Counted from the stretch's first letter, positions 1 through 10,000 are shown. The stretch is DNA of 64,000 bases from Gemmatimonadota bacterium (GCA_040389905.1 JAZJZK010000023.1:128407-192406), one strand, 5' to 3'. Notes: generated from the letters alone by a model not told the origin. Numbers and translations are program-made.

Positions 1-60
1 AGACAGCAGACAGCAGACAGCAGACAGCAGACAGCAGACAGCAGACAGCAGACAGACAGC
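1..60. repeat. Heptamer tandem repeat (AGACAGC)n at the window edge
   Basis: 7 perfect AGACAGC units (1-49), a partial AGAC, then one more unit (54-60); may continue outside the window. Confidence 0.95.
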
Positions 61-74
61 AGAGAGGCTACCAG

Positions 75-518
75 ATGATGGTCAGGACATTGGTGTTGGC
101 ATCGCTCGTGGCGGCGGTGAGCGCCGGTGCGCAGAGTTCGAGCAAGCCTCGCGTTGGATACGCGGCGTCTCCCACTCCGCCGGCACCGCAACCGGCGCCG
201 CAGTACCCGCCCGTCTACTATGTGCCTGGCGGAGGGTACGTCGTCACCGGTGTGCCATATGTCGTGCTCTCGGACGGCTCGGTGGCGGTGAATTTCGGCA
301 ACGGGTACGAGCGCGTGCTCCGGCCATGCGCGCAGCAACAACAGCAGTCGACGCAGGCCTCGACGGGGCGTGATGCCCTCGGTCGCATCCTGCCGCCGCC
401 GGGCATCGCCGCGCTCCAAGCTGGTTCGCGAGGGCAGATTACAGGCACGACGCCGGCGCCAAACGCGAGCGCCTGCTATCGCACGGGGGCACAAGGCAGG
501 TTGGAGATGGGTCGCTAA
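75..518 (+). CDS. Secreted Pro/Gln-rich hypothetical protein
   Basis: GAGAGG RBS before ATG; N-terminal signal peptide ending in SAGA-Q; 147 aa with a Cys pair. Confidence 0.75.
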   Translation: MMVRTLVLASLVAAVSAGAQSSSKPRVGYAASPTPPAPQPAPQYPPVYYVPGGGYVVTGVPYVVLSDGSVAVNFGNGYERVLRPCAQQQQQSTQASTGRDALGRILPPPGIAALQAGSRGQITGTTPAPNASACYRTGAQGRLEMGR

Positions 519-639
519 CACGCGGACAGCGCGGTCGCACGCGCCTCGCTTGGCGGCTACCGCTCGGCTTTCATCCGTCCAGCGAGCGTAAACGAGCGGG
601 CAGTCCAGCCACGCGCGAAGCGCCACGCGGGCTTCAATT

Positions 640-1317
640 CTAGGCCAGGAACGGGGTCAGGATCGTGTTCACCTGCGCGAACGTCAGCGGCTCGTCGAAC
701 GCCTCGGAGGCGGCGGACGCACCACCGGCGCTACCTGAAAACTGAGACACATTCACCGAGCCCTGTGTTGTGTTGTCCTCACCGAGGTAAATCGGAAAAA
801 GGAACACCGGGAGATCGTCGCTGCTCGAACCGGTGATCCACCCCTTTCTGCCGCGCAACCGGCGAATCTCGGACGCGTGCCGCGCCTCGACTGAGTGCAT
901 CGCGAGAACGGACAGGAGTGCAGGCTTGTCGTCGATCAGCCGAGTCAACTGTCCCTTATACGCGCGCACGCCGAGATCCTCGAAGGCGTGGGCCAGCTGC
1001 CGGAACGTTTCGTACTGCGTGGGGAGAAATGCGAAGCCTGAAACGTTGCCGTGCGCCGTAAAATCGAACGCGGGCTTGCTCCGGGGCGTCGCGGACCGAC
1101 TCTGAATCAGCGCCGACAGCGCAGTGACGTGCGCGGTCTGGTGAGCGGCGATCGTCGAAAACACCGCGCGATCCGCCGTGGGAATGAGGCCCGCCGCGGC
1201 CAAACCGCGGGTATGGAAATCGGCTTCGAGGTACTCGACCAACAACAGCAGTTGCAGCGCCTCGATGACGTCGGTCGGCGCGCGTACACTCGCGGCGCGA
1301 AGGCCTGACTCAACCAT
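640..1317 (-). CDS. Ferritin-like domain protein (Ferritin_2-type), no signal peptide
   Basis: EYLEADF...FEDLGVRAYKG...SVEARHASEIR motifs; ATG at 1317 overlaps the upstream stop (1323 is an alternative start). Confidence 0.85.
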   Translation of the reverse strand: MVESGLRAASVRAPTDVIEALQLLLLVEYLEADFHTRGLAAAGLIPTADRAVFSTIAAHQTAHVTALSALIQSRSATPRSKPAFDFTAHGNVSGFAFLPTQYETFRQLAHAFEDLGVRAYKGQLTRLIDDKPALLSVLAMHSVEARHASEIRRLRGRKGWITGSSSDDLPVFLFPIYLGEDNTTQGSVNVSQFSGSAGGASAASEAFDEPLTFAQVNTILTPFLA

Positions 1318-2077
1318 TGCCATTCGGCCCCTGGACGAAGGTGGTGGGCACGTTCGTAAAGGCCAGTTTGTCCACGATGAATTCCTGCGCGGCCACGACT
1401 GCCTTCGCCGGGCTGAGCGCGTCGTCGAAGCTGTTCGGCGCAAAGTCGCCGGAACGGGGCGTCAGCAGGTCGCGAATCGCCGACGCATGACGAGCCTCTA
1501 CCGAAACGATCTTCGCCGCGATCAACAGGTTTCCAGCGTCACTGAGGTATTGTGCCGCGCCATTGTATGCCGCGACGCCGAGTTCCTCGAACGTCTTTGC
1601 CAGCGTGAGCACTGAAACGCGCTCGGTGAGGCTGACGCCGGGATAGATCTGCGTCAGTGAAAACTTCCCATTCGTTCCCAATGCGGCTTCGAGAAACTTC
1701 CGATGGAGTTCCTCATGATTCCGAATATCCGAGAGCACCGCCTTGTCGGCATCGGTCAACGTCGAGCTATCGAAGTTGGCGACAACCTGCGTGTAGAAGT
1801 CCGATTCGAGCTGTTCGAGCGCAAGCGCGAATTGGAGCACGGCCGTGTCGCCGGTCGAAAAATCGATCGTCAGCGTGCTGCCGGAGCCCGGTGCGGTAAT
1901 ACCACCGGTGTTCGATGCATCCTGACACGCCGTGAAGAGACCCGGCAGCACGACCAGCGTGCCGCCCACCCCCAACAGCCGAAGAAAGCCGCGGCGTGAC
2001 GTAAACGCATTCAGCTCGGCGATGCTGCCGATGGCGACGGTCGTCGCTGATTTGTCTGGCGTTCGATGCATTCCCAT
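1310..2077 (-). CDS. Ferritin-like domain protein with Tat signal and lipobox
   Basis: SRRGFLRLLG twin-arginine motif, LFTAC lipobox, LEQLESDFY..HEELH..FEELGVAAYNG..SVEARHASAIR; start 2077 or 2071. Confidence 0.88.
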   Translation of the reverse strand: MGMHRTPDKSATTVAIGSIAELNAFTSRRGFLRLLGVGGTLVVLPGLFTACQDASNTGGITAPGSGSTLTIDFSTGDTAVLQFALALEQLESDFYTQVVANFDSSTLTDADKAVLSDIRNHEELHRKFLEAALGTNGKFSLTQIYPGVSLTERVSVLTLAKTFEELGVAAYNGAAQYLSDAGNLLIAAKIVSVEARHASAIRDLLTPRSGDFAPNSFDDALSPAKAVVAAQEFIVDKLAFTNVPTTFVQGPNGNG

Positions 2078-2168
2078 TGCGATCGTCGGAATCAAACTCG
2101 GGCTCGGACGAAGCACGTCCTGCGCCGGATGGGAAGATACCCCGCTGCGCGTCTGAGGTTGTCGGCGG

Positions 2169-2744
2169 TCAGCCGTCCCCAATTTTCGCGGAGTCGCCGG
2201 TGGTGACGAGACGGCGCACGCCCTGCCACGCGCGGATCAATGGAGAGGCGGAGCGATTGATATCGCTCTCAATGACTTTGCCCGCGCGGCTGCTGGCGTG
2301 GACGTAGCGTCCGCCGCCGACGTAGATGCCGACGTGGCTCGCCCCGAGGTTGCTCTTTCCAAAGGTCAGCAGGTCGCCAGGTCGCAGGTGCGTCGTGTCC
2401 CGAGCCACTGCTTTGCCCGCCGCTGCTTGTTGCTTGGCCGTCCGCGGAAGACTCACTTCGAGGGCCGCCATCACGTAGCGCACCAGTCCGCTACAATCGA
2501 ATCCGCGCTCGGGGGACTGGCCACCGAGTACGTACTTCTTGCCGACCTGCGCTCTCGCGACCGCAACGAGAGAATCACGCATCGTGAGCGCCGACAAGCT
2601 CATGGCGGCGAAGGGCTTCGGGAGTTCTCGCGTGTGCGTCGTCGTCTGCGCACCAGCTCCGCGTCCGCACGTGACAACCAGCGCGCAGCCGACGAGGGCG
2701 CGCGCAACGGGATGTCGCGTGGATGCGGTGCGGAAAGGGGGCAT
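2169..2744 (-). CDS. NlpC/P60 (C40) cell-wall peptidase
   Basis: Y.LGGQSPERGFDCSGLV, LPRTA..Q, LRPGDLL.F, HVGIY.G.G..VHAS; signal peptide. Confidence 0.92.
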   Translation of the reverse strand: MPPFRTASTRHPVARALVGCALVVTCGRGAGAQTTTHTRELPKPFAAMSLSALTMRDSLVAVARAQVGKKYVLGGQSPERGFDCSGLVRYVMAALEVSLPRTAKQQAAAGKAVARDTTHLRPGDLLTFGKSNLGASHVGIYVGGGRYVHASSRAGKVIESDINRSASPLIRAWQGVRRLVTTGDSAKIGDG

Positions 2745-2750
2745 GACGGC

Positions 2751-2792
2751 AAAGAAAAAAGAGCCCCGGCAGACAAAAGCATCATGCCAGGG
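2751..2792 (-). terminator. Intrinsic terminator-like hairpin immediately upstream of the NlpC/P60 start
   Basis: Minus strand CCCUGGCA...UGCCGGGG stem (one G-U pair) followed by CUCUUUUUUCUUU. Confidence 0.55.
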
Positions 2793-2826
2793 TTGTGGTT
2801 GGGCGACGGATTGCTGCGGTCGCCAT
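2782..2826 (-). CDS. Putative 14-aa leader peptide MATAAIRRPTTTLA
   Basis: AGGA 7 nt before the ATG; last codons form the 5' arm of the terminator hairpin and the TGA follows directly. Confidence 0.35.
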   Translation of the reverse strand: MATAAIRRPTTTLA

Positions 2827-2962
2827 GGTTGGATCCTAGGCGGCGAGGAAGGCGGGGTCAACCTTTCGGGCTCGAGCCGAAAACTGTGTCGACGCTTCGT
2901 AAACATTTGAAGCCAAGGTAATCTGAAGCACTTACCTGCAGAGTTGTCGCTTCAGGCTCAGC

Positions 2963-3001
2963 TGTCATCCCCCTCGATTCGCTTCGCTCGCTCGGGGTGA
3001 C
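2963..3001. repeat. TGTC-tagged REP-like palindrome (type A)
   Basis: TGTCATCCCCCTCGATTCGCTTCGCTCGCTCGGGGTGAC; recurs throughout the window. Confidence 0.8.
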
Positions 3002-3015
3002 GATCGCAGAAGCTT

Positions 3016-3678
3016 CTACCGGATGCCCAAGAGCTTGTGCGTTTGGATGCTCAATCGCCATTGCGGGTGTGCCAGGCAGTACGCGAGCGCCGCTTCTGTG
3101 TTCTGCCGCGTGATCTCCGCGGTCGGGCCGTCCATCGGCTGAAGGAAGAATGCGTCGAAGTGCATGTCCGCGAAGCACTCTGGGTGCGCCGTCGGTTGCG
3201 ACTGCGGATAGACGAGCTTGAGTTCGTGGCCTCGCGTCAGCACCAAGGGAGCGTCGGCCTTGGGGCTCACGCACACGTGATCGATGCCTGATGGTGCCGG
3301 CTGCGTTCCGTTGGTCTCTACCGCCACCTCGAAGCCGAGCGCCTGCAACGCCGACACAGCGGACTCATCGAGCTGCAGCAGCGGCTCACCGCCGGTGCAC
3401 ACCACGAGCGGGCGCCCCCCACTCGCGCGGCCGTTCACGACCTTCGGCCAGCGGGAGAGCACCGAATTCGCGAGTGCATCGGCCGTTGCGAACTTTCCGC
3501 CGTCCGGTCCAATGCCCACGAAGTCCGTGTCGCAAAACTGGCAAACCGCCTTGTGCCGGTCCTGCTCGCGCCCCGTCCACAAGTTGCAACCGCTGAAGCG
3601 GCAGAATACCGCGGGCCGTCCGGCGTTCTGTCCCTCGCCTTGCAAGGTGTAGAAGACTTCCTTGACGACGTAGGTCAT
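3016..3678 (-). CDS. queE: 7-carboxy-7-deazaguanine synthase (radical SAM, Cx14CxxC subtype)
   Basis: [53 protein letters not shown]. Confidence 0.96.
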   Translation of the reverse strand: MTYVVKEVFYTLQGEGQNAGRPAVFCRFSGCNLWTGREQDRHKAVCQFCDTDFVGIGPDGGKFATADALANSVLSRWPKVVNGRASGGRPLVVCTGGEPLLQLDESAVSALQALGFEVAVETNGTQPAPSGIDHVCVSPKADAPLVLTRGHELKLVYPQSQPTAHPECFADMHFDAFFLQPMDGPTAEITRQNTEAALAYCLAHPQWRLSIQTHKLLGIR

Positions 3679-4391
3679 GTATTCGTCTGAGCGTCGACGT
3701 ACGGCGCAGGATCACTCGCGCCGGCTTCCGTGAAGCCCTTGAGGCGAAGATGACACGCGTCGCAATGACCGCATGCCACACCGTCCGCTGACGGATCGTA
3801 ACAACTCAGCGTGATCGAGTAATCGACGTTCAGCGACGAACCAAGTTGAACGATCTCGCGCTTGCTCAGATTCAGGAGCGGAGCCTGAATGCGAATGCGT
3901 GAGGTCCCTTCCACGCCACTGCGTGTGGCGAGATTCGCCATCGCCTCGAATGCCTGCACGTACTCCGGCCGACAATCTGGATAGCCGGAGTAGTCGAGGG
4001 CGTTCACACCGATGAAGATATCCGTCGCGCCGAGGACTTCCGCCCACGCGAGGCAGAAGGACAGGAAGATCGTATTGCGGGCCGGTACATAGGTGATGGG
4101 AATGCCATGCGCCATCGCGTCATCGTCGCGGTCCTTGGGTACGTCGATGTCGGCGGTGAGTGCAGAACCACCGAAGGTCCTGAGATCGATGTCGACGATG
4201 ACGTGATCTGCGACGTTGTAATGCCGGGCCACGCGCCGCGCCGCCTCGATCTCGGACGCATGTCGCTGGCCGTAGCGGAATGTCATCGCATGGACGTCGA
4301 AGCCCTGCTCGATGGCAAGCGCGAGCATCGTCGTCGAATCGAGACCGCCGGAGAGGAGCAGGACGGCTTTGCGCACCGGCTGTGTTACCAC
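3675..4391 (-). CDS. queC: 7-cyano-7-deazaguanine synthase
   Basis: [44 protein letters not shown] start after GAGGAAA. Confidence 0.96.
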   Translation of the reverse strand: MVTQPVRKAVLLLSGGLDSTTMLALAIEQGFDVHAMTFRYGQRHASEIEAARRVARHYNVADHVIVDIDLRTFGGSALTADIDVPKDRDDDAMAHGIPITYVPARNTIFLSFCLAWAEVLGATDIFIGVNALDYSGYPDCRPEYVQAFEAMANLATRSGVEGTSRIRIQAPLLNLSKREIVQLGSSLNVDYSITLSCYDPSADGVACGHCDACHLRLKGFTEAGASDPAPYVDAQTNT

Positions 4392-4398
4392 GCTTTCC

Positions 4399-5523
4399 TC
4401 ACAATGAATCGAGCGCCTGCGCCAAATCCTCGATGAGGTCGTCGGGATGTTCGAGGCCAATCGATAGGCGGAGCAAGTCGACCGGCGCCTTCGTCGTGGG
4501 GCCTTCGACGGACGCGCGATGCTCGATGAGCGATTCCGTGCCTCCGAGGCTGGTCGCACGGGTGAAGAGCGTGAGGCGCCGCGTGAGTTCCAGCGCGGCG
4601 TCCTCGCCTCCGCGCAACTGAATACTCATCATGCCGCCGAAGTCCGACATCTGGTGCGATGCGATATTGTGGCCCGCGTGCGACGCGAGACCGGGGTAGT
4701 GCACGGCCTTGATCGCCGTATGTGTTTCCAGAACGCGGGCAACGAACATGGCGTTCGAGCAATGCGCGGCCATCCGCCACGGAAGCGTGCGAATGCCACG
4801 CAGCAGGAGCCAACAGTCGAAGGGCGATGGAATTGCGCCGCCGATCTGTTGCATCAACCGGAGCCGAGCGGCGAATTCGTCATCGGTACGGACGACGAGT
4901 GCGCCGCCCATCAGATCGCTGTGCCCACCGAGGTACTTCGTGGTGGAGTGCATGACGACGTCCGCGCCGAGGTGCAGGGGAAGCTGCAAGACCGGCGTCG
5001 CCCAGGTGTTATCGACCACGCAGCGAGCGCCCACCGAATGCGCGAGGTCTGCGATCTTCGCGATATCGACAACACGGACGAGCGGGTTGGAGGGCGTTTC
5101 GGCCCACACGATCTTCGTGGTCGGGCGCAGCGCACGCGCAATGGCGCCGAGGTCGGTCATGTCGACGACGGAAATCTCGAGGCCCCAAGTCCCAAAGATC
5201 TCGTGAAGCTGGCGCAGCGTTCCGTAGTACGCATCATCCGGAGCGATGACGTGACCCCCCGGGGCGAGCGCCTGAAACACCGCCATGGTCGCCGCCGAGC
5301 CCGACGAGAATGCGATGGCGGCAGCGCCCTTTTCGAGTGACGTCAGGGCCTGTTCGAGGAGCGAGCGATTGGGGTTGGACGTCCGCGCGTAGATGTGCCC
5401 GCCGCGATAGGTACCGTCGGTTTCGCGCTCGAATGTCGTCGAGAGATGAATGGGCGGTGTGACGGCGCCAGTCGACGGATCGACCGCGTGTCCCGCGCGA
5501 ACCGCGAGTGTTTCAATGCGCAT
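4399..5523 (-). CDS. Cys/Met metabolism PLP enzyme (cystathionine gamma-synthase/lyase family)
   Basis: [42 protein letters not shown]. Confidence 0.93.
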   Translation of the reverse strand: MRIETLAVRAGHAVDPSTGAVTPPIHLSTTFERETDGTYRGGHIYARTSNPNRSLLEQALTSLEKGAAAIAFSSGSAATMAVFQALAPGGHVIAPDDAYYGTLRQLHEIFGTWGLEISVVDMTDLGAIARALRPTTKIVWAETPSNPLVRVVDIAKIADLAHSVGARCVVDNTWATPVLQLPLHLGADVVMHSTTKYLGGHSDLMGGALVVRTDDEFAARLRLMQQIGGAIPSPFDCWLLLRGIRTLPWRMAAHCSNAMFVARVLETHTAIKAVHYPGLASHAGHNIASHQMSDFGGMMSIQLRGGEDAALELTRRLTLFTRATSLGGTESLIEHRASVEGPTTKAPVDLLRLSIGLEHPDDLIEDLAQALDSL

Positions 5524-5653
5524 GCATGCACTCTGTTGGGGTCGCCGGAAGATACCCGGGCCTACTCCTCTGCGACATGCTGTCCAGCAGTGTCCTTTTC
5601 AAACGGCTTCATGATCTGTTGCCGTTCCTCCGTTGCTTGCGAATACTCGGCGA

Positions 5654-6733
5654 CTATCCCTCGAGGGCGCTGATCAACCGATCCACCCCGCGCGCCGTTC
5701 TCGATCTCGGCTGCTGCTGTGTGAGGCAGTGCAGTGTGCCCAATCCCCACACGAGGTCGACGGCGTGGATGCCGACGATCGCACGATCGGGGAAGAGCTT
5801 CGCGAGGGTGTTGAGCGCGACGCGATCGTTGTGGTCGTTGAATGTCGGCACGATGACCACACCGTTCGCGATGTAGAAATTGGCGTAGCTGGCGGGAAGG
5901 CGCTCCCCGCTCATCATCACCGGGCGCGGATACGGAAGCTTCACGACCTTGAGCGCGCCGACCGCGGCACCGGCGAGTTCGAGCCGGCGCATGTTGTCGC
6001 ATGACCGGCGGTGATTCTCATCGTCGGCAGGATCTTCTTCGTACGCCAGCACGATGACGCCGGGCGCGACGAAGCGCGCGATATCGTCGACATGGCCGTG
6101 CGTATCATCGCCAACGCAGCCTTCGCCCAGCCAGATCGTGTGCCGGATGCCAAGATGCTCTCGGAACGCAGCTTCATACCCGGTGCGGTCGAGCCCCGGG
6201 TTGCGTACCTGGATGTCCGACAAGAGCCACTCTTCCGTCACGAGCATCGCGCCCTCACCATCGGTCTCGATGCCACCGCCCTCGAGAATGAGCCGAGATC
6301 CATCGGAACGGCGTGGCTCGACGCGGGGCACGCTCGTGATGCGCTCGATGGCTCGGCCGATCTCTGTGTCGTGCGCGTAGTTCGGATACTTCGCCCACGC
6401 GTTGAAGCCCCAGTTCACCAGCCGCAGGTCGCCGCGCGCGTCGTACACGAACGTCGGCGCCGAGTCGCGCAGCCACACGCGGTCGTTTGGAACGACATGC
6501 AACCGCACGTTGCTGGTGACGTCATGGGCGGACAGCACGTCGCGCGCCGCCGTGCGGGTGGCGTCATCGTGGCAGAGGATTTCGACGCGCTCATAGTCGG
6601 CGAGGACGCGTGCGATTTCGCCATACACCCACGGGATCGCGCCGAGCTTGCCAGGCCAGTCCGGCTCGTGATGGGGCCAGGCGATCCATGTGGCGTCGTG
6701 AGGCGCGAACTCCGCGGGCCAGGTGACCGGCAT
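5654..6733 (-). CDS. aguA: Agmatine deiminase
   Basis: WPAEF.PH, WLRDSAP, LEGGGIETDG, DDTHGHVDD, ASYANFY, GLGTLHCLTQQQP. Confidence 0.93.
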   Translation of the reverse strand: MPVTWPAEFAPHDATWIAWPHHEPDWPGKLGAIPWVYGEIARVLADYERVEILCHDDATRTAARDVLSAHDVTSNVRLHVVPNDRVWLRDSAPTFVYDARGDLRLVNWGFNAWAKYPNYAHDTEIGRAIERITSVPRVEPRRSDGSRLILEGGGIETDGEGAMLVTEEWLLSDIQVRNPGLDRTGYEAAFREHLGIRHTIWLGEGCVGDDTHGHVDDIARFVAPGVIVLAYEEDPADDENHRRSCDNMRRLELAGAAVGALKVVKLPYPRPVMMSGERLPASYANFYIANGVVIVPTFNDHNDRVALNTLAKLFPDRAIVGIHAVDLVWGLGTLHCLTQQQPRSRTARGVDRLISALEG

Positions 6734-6740
6734 GTTCGAG

Positions 6741-7676
6741 TCAGGCTCCAAGATACCGGGAGAGAATGGGCGCGTAGGCATCGATGCGCCGGTCGCGCAG
6801 GAAGGGCCAGTTGCGGCGTGTCTCCTCGATCAGCTTTGGGTCGCACGTCGCGATCAGAATCGCGTCGTCCGTTCCGGCTTCGGTGAGGATGCGTCCAAAG
6901 GGATCGGCAATGAACGAATTCCCGAAGAATTCGATACCGCGCGTGCCCGGCTCGTCGTCTTCGTAGCCGACGCGATTTGGCGACGCAACGAAGACACCGT
7001 TCGCGATCGCGTGCGATCGCTGGATGGTGCGCCACGCGTCCACCTGAGCGGCACCGAACTCCGACTTTTCCGCCGGATGCCAGCCAATGGCCGTGGGGTA
7101 GAAGAGAATGTCCGCGCCGAGAAGACTCGTGATGCGCGCGGCCTCGGGATACCACTGGTCCCAGCAGATCAACACGCCAATGTTCGCATACTTGGTTCGC
7201 CACACGCGAAAGCCGCTCGCCTGTTTTGCGACGTCGCCGATGGCATCGATGCGATCGTCGTGCGCGGTGTCACCGGGCGCGAAATAGTACTTCTCGTTGA
7301 AGAGCGGATCATCCGGAATGTGCATCTTGCGATACACGCCGAGCAGCGAGCCGTCGGCATCGATGATCGCGGCGGAATTGCGATAGACTCCCCGCGCCTG
7401 TTTCTCGAAAACCGGAACGATGAGAACAACGTCGAGTTCTTTCGCGAGCGCCTGCATGACGTCGGTCACCGGGCCTGGAATCGACTCGGCAAGATCAAAG
7501 CGCTCACACTTCTGCGACTTGCAGAAATAGGGCGCATTGAACAGTTCCTTGAGGCAAATGATCTGTGCGCCTCTCGCTGCCGCCTCGCGAATGCGAGCGA
7601 CTGCAGCGTCGAGCGTTGCCTTCGCGTCTGGCGAGGCAGAGTCCTGAATAATGCCGACGGTGAAGGGGCTGGACAT
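6741..7676 (-). CDS. aguB: N-carbamoylputrescine amidase (nitrilase superfamily)
   Basis: ELF..PYFC, YRKMHIPDDP.FNEKYYF, ICWDQWYPE, YPTAIGW; adjacent to aguA. Confidence 0.9.
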   Translation of the reverse strand: MSSPFTVGIIQDSASPDAKATLDAAVARIREAAARGAQIICLKELFNAPYFCKSQKCERFDLAESIPGPVTDVMQALAKELDVVLIVPVFEKQARGVYRNSAAIIDADGSLLGVYRKMHIPDDPLFNEKYYFAPGDTAHDDRIDAIGDVAKQASGFRVWRTKYANIGVLICWDQWYPEAARITSLLGADILFYPTAIGWHPAEKSEFGAAQVDAWRTIQRSHAIANGVFVASPNRVGYEDDEPGTRGIEFFGNSFIADPFGRILTEAGTDDAILIATCDPKLIEETRRNWPFLRDRRIDAYAPILSRYLGA

Positions 7677-7701
7677 GCCTTCAAATCTAGTAGAAGGGGG
7701 T

Positions 7702-7820
7702 AGGGGACAGGGACCGCGGAGCAGAACAACATGGTGCAGGCCCTTCGCTTCGCTCAGGGCGACAAAACAAGCATGTTCCAGTCGTTCCTGTCCCCTGTCT
7801 CCCGTCTCCTGTCTCCTGTC
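7702..7820. repeat. Composite palindrome: REP type B core inside GGGACAG / (TCCTGTC)n arms
   Basis: Core GTGCAGGCCCTTCGCTTCGCTCAGGGCGACAAAAC at about 7734-7768; right arm of about 5 degenerate TCCTGTC heptamers. Confidence 0.75.
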
Positions 7821-7822
7821 GC

Positions 7823-9163
7823 CTACTCCACGATCCCGATTACCACATCCATCACGTTCGTCCCCGTGTTGCGTCGCGGGATGAGCGCACCCGCCGCGCC
7901 GAGCGCCGAGTGCGATTCGTGGCGGGCCAGCGCAAGCGCAGGATCGAAACCCGAGTCGCGGATGCGGGCCCAGAGCGAGGCGTCCGCAAAGGCCCCGGCA
8001 GCTTCGGTCGGACCGTCGCGACCGTCCGTGCCGGCGGCGAGAATGGTGATGCGGGCGGCGATTTCACCACCAGCCTCACCGAGACGGTGTGCTGCGGCGA
8101 GCGCCAGCTCCTGGCAGCGGCCACCGGACGGCGGAGGCTCGGTGCCGGCCAGAGTGCCCGATATCGCCGAGGGAAGCTGAACCGTTGTTTCTCCACCCCA
8201 AAGCACGCAGCCCGCCCGTCCTTGTTGCGCTCGCTGAAGCAGCAGGTCTGCCACCTGCGTGCCGCATCGCCCGGCTTCCCCGGTGATCGGTGTCGCCACG
8301 CTCTCGCAGTCGAGGCCGAGCGAGGCCGCGCGACTGCGAACGGCGTCGAGTGCGAGGCGGTTGCTCCCGATGATCTTTGTCTTCACATGTGCGAACGCCG
8401 GATGGGTGCGCTTCGGCGTTTCGGGCACGACTCCGCGGGTCACGCTCGTCAGGTAGTCGCGCATTGCCGGAGCGATGCGCGGCATGAGCTTCGCACCGGC
8501 GAGGATCTCAATGACTTCCTTCACGGTGCGCGAATCCGGCGAACAGGGTCCGGAGCCGATGTCGGCCGGATCGTCGCCGAGCACGTCGCTCATGATGTAG
8601 GCGTAGGTCCGTGCCGGAGCGAGTGCGAGGGCAAGGCGTCCCGCTCCCCAGCGTGTGAAGCGCTTGCGCACGGCGTTCATGCTTTGAATGTCGAGACCGG
8701 ACGCGTGCAATTGCTCGAACAGCTGCCCGAGATCCGACTCTGCCATGCCTCGAAGCGGTGCGGCAATCATGCTGGAGGTACCGCCGCTGATGAGGACGAT
8801 CGCGACGTCGTCACTGCGCATTCCGGCAGTCGCGTCGCCGATGCGCGCGGCGGCGGTGAAGGAGTGCCTGCCGGGGAGCGGGTGATCCCCCTCGATGGAC
8901 AGCACCGTCGAATACGGGGAGGTCGTCGGCTCGTGGGAGACAATGACGCCACCGGAAATGCGCAGGAGTGAACGCTGAATGACGCCCGCCGCTGCGGCGG
9001 CCATTGGGTGCGCCGCCTTCCCAATGGCGTACAGCCAGATGCGTTGACCGCTTCGCGCGGGAAAATCCTGAAGAGCGGCGGCAGTAACCGGCCCGGGCGC
9101 GGCGCCCGCGACGGCAGCATCGTACAGTTCGGTAAGAAGAGCGCGTCCGCGGATAAGGCCCAC
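7823..9163 (-). CDS. Glycerate kinase type-2 (DUF4147/MOFRL)
   Basis: AIGKAA, GDHPLP, LISGGTSS, MSDVLGDD..DIGSGP, GGETTV, GGRCQE, AGTDGRDG, TGTNVMD; start uncertain (GTG 9163 or ATG 9196). Confidence 0.92.
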   Translation of the reverse strand: MGLIRGRALLTELYDAAVAGAAPGPVTAAALQDFPARSGQRIWLYAIGKAAHPMAAAAAGVIQRSLLRISGGVIVSHEPTTSPYSTVLSIEGDHPLPGRHSFTAAARIGDATAGMRSDDVAIVLISGGTSSMIAAPLRGMAESDLGQLFEQLHASGLDIQSMNAVRKRFTRWGAGRLALALAPARTYAYIMSDVLGDDPADIGSGPCSPDSRTVKEVIEILAGAKLMPRIAPAMRDYLTSVTRGVVPETPKRTHPAFAHVKTKIIGSNRLALDAVRSRAASLGLDCESVATPITGEAGRCGTQVADLLLQRAQQGRAGCVLWGGETTVQLPSAISGTLAGTEPPPSGGRCQELALAAAHRLGEAGGEIAARITILAAGTDGRDGPTEAAGAFADASLWARIRDSGFDPALALARHESHSALGAAGALIPRRNTGTNVMDVVIGIVE

Positions 9164-9380
9164 CCGGTAGTGCGTTGCGCGGCAGTATGCGGCCACCAGG
9201 GTTCAAGCGCAACGTTCGACTTCGCAGCTAATGAACTGGCGGCTGTATCAAAAAGGGGACGCCCACTGTGCAATGCGGACGCGAGTTCCTGACATTAAGC
9301 ACCGATATGAGCGGTTAACTCGCGGCTCACTCCATGCCTTGTTGGGGAACGGAATCGCACGGCAACCTTTGGAGGAATCG

Positions 9381-9857
9381 ATGCGCACACTGGGACCTAC
9401 ACTCTTGCTAACCGGCTTGGCCCTCGCTGGCGCCTGCGGACGCGGCAGTGACGTTCGTCCTGACGATGCGCTCAAGACGGATCTGGCGCTCGCGGCACAG
9501 GTGCAGCCGTATCAGGCCCAGCAGTTCGTGTCGCCGGGCGAGCAGGTGCCGGGCGCGGTCGGGTACGCCCCGCAGTACGCCGCCGCTCCACGAGTCGCGC
9601 AGCCCGTGTACCGCGCTCCGGCTCGTCGCACCACAACCCGTTCGACGGCGCGGTCGTCCGCTGGGCGCACGTATCCCGCTCCGGAGCGCGAGCCCATTCG
9701 CAACACCAAGCGCGACGCGGCCATTGGCGCAGCGGCGGGCGCGATCATCGGCGCGACCACGAGTCGCGACAAGATCAAAGGCGGCCTCATTGGCGCCGCA
9801 GCCGGTGGCATTCTGGGTGGCATTATTGGACATACGATCGATGTACAGAAGCCATAG
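9381..9857 (+). CDS. Glycine-zipper lipoprotein
   Basis: GGAGG RBS; LAGAC lipobox; C-terminal AAIGAAAGAIIG..GGLIGAAAGGILGGIIG. Confidence 0.88.
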   Translation: MRTLGPTLLLTGLALAGACGRGSDVRPDDALKTDLALAAQVQPYQAQQFVSPGEQVPGAVGYAPQYAAAPRVAQPVYRAPARRTTTRSTARSSAGRTYPAPEREPIRNTKRDAAIGAAAGAIIGATTSRDKIKGGLIGAAAGGILGGIIGHTIDVQKP

Positions 9858-9900
9858 GTGACCGGAGACAGTCCCCTTGCAGTTTTTCCCCCTACACGCG

Positions 9901-9938
9901 CGCCCGTAGCAGAACACCGCTACGGGCGTTCGTGTGTT
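9901..9938 (+). terminator. Probable terminator hairpin
   Basis: Perfect 10-bp stem CGCCCGTAGC/GCTACGGGCG followed by TTCGTGTGTT. Confidence 0.5.
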
Positions 9939-10000
9939 CGTGTGTCGAAGTAATATCTGAGAGGGTCTCAAAAGGCACGCTTCTCGCTTCCCCACCATCG

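Noticed and set aside
512..640. attC site beginning at GCTAAC
   Set aside because: No matching GTTRRRY end, no integrase and no array
3016..4391. queC/queE as a Dpd DNA-modification or QatABCD defence locus
   Set aside because: Both look canonical, and no dpdA/tgt-like, ATPase or TatD partner is adjacent
5524..5653. SAM riboswitch or 16-aa leader ORF (MKPFEKDTAGQHVAEE) before the Cys/Met enzyme
   Set aside because: No SAM-I/II consensus recognised; the GGAGG is 14 nt from the ATG and no attenuator hairpin was found
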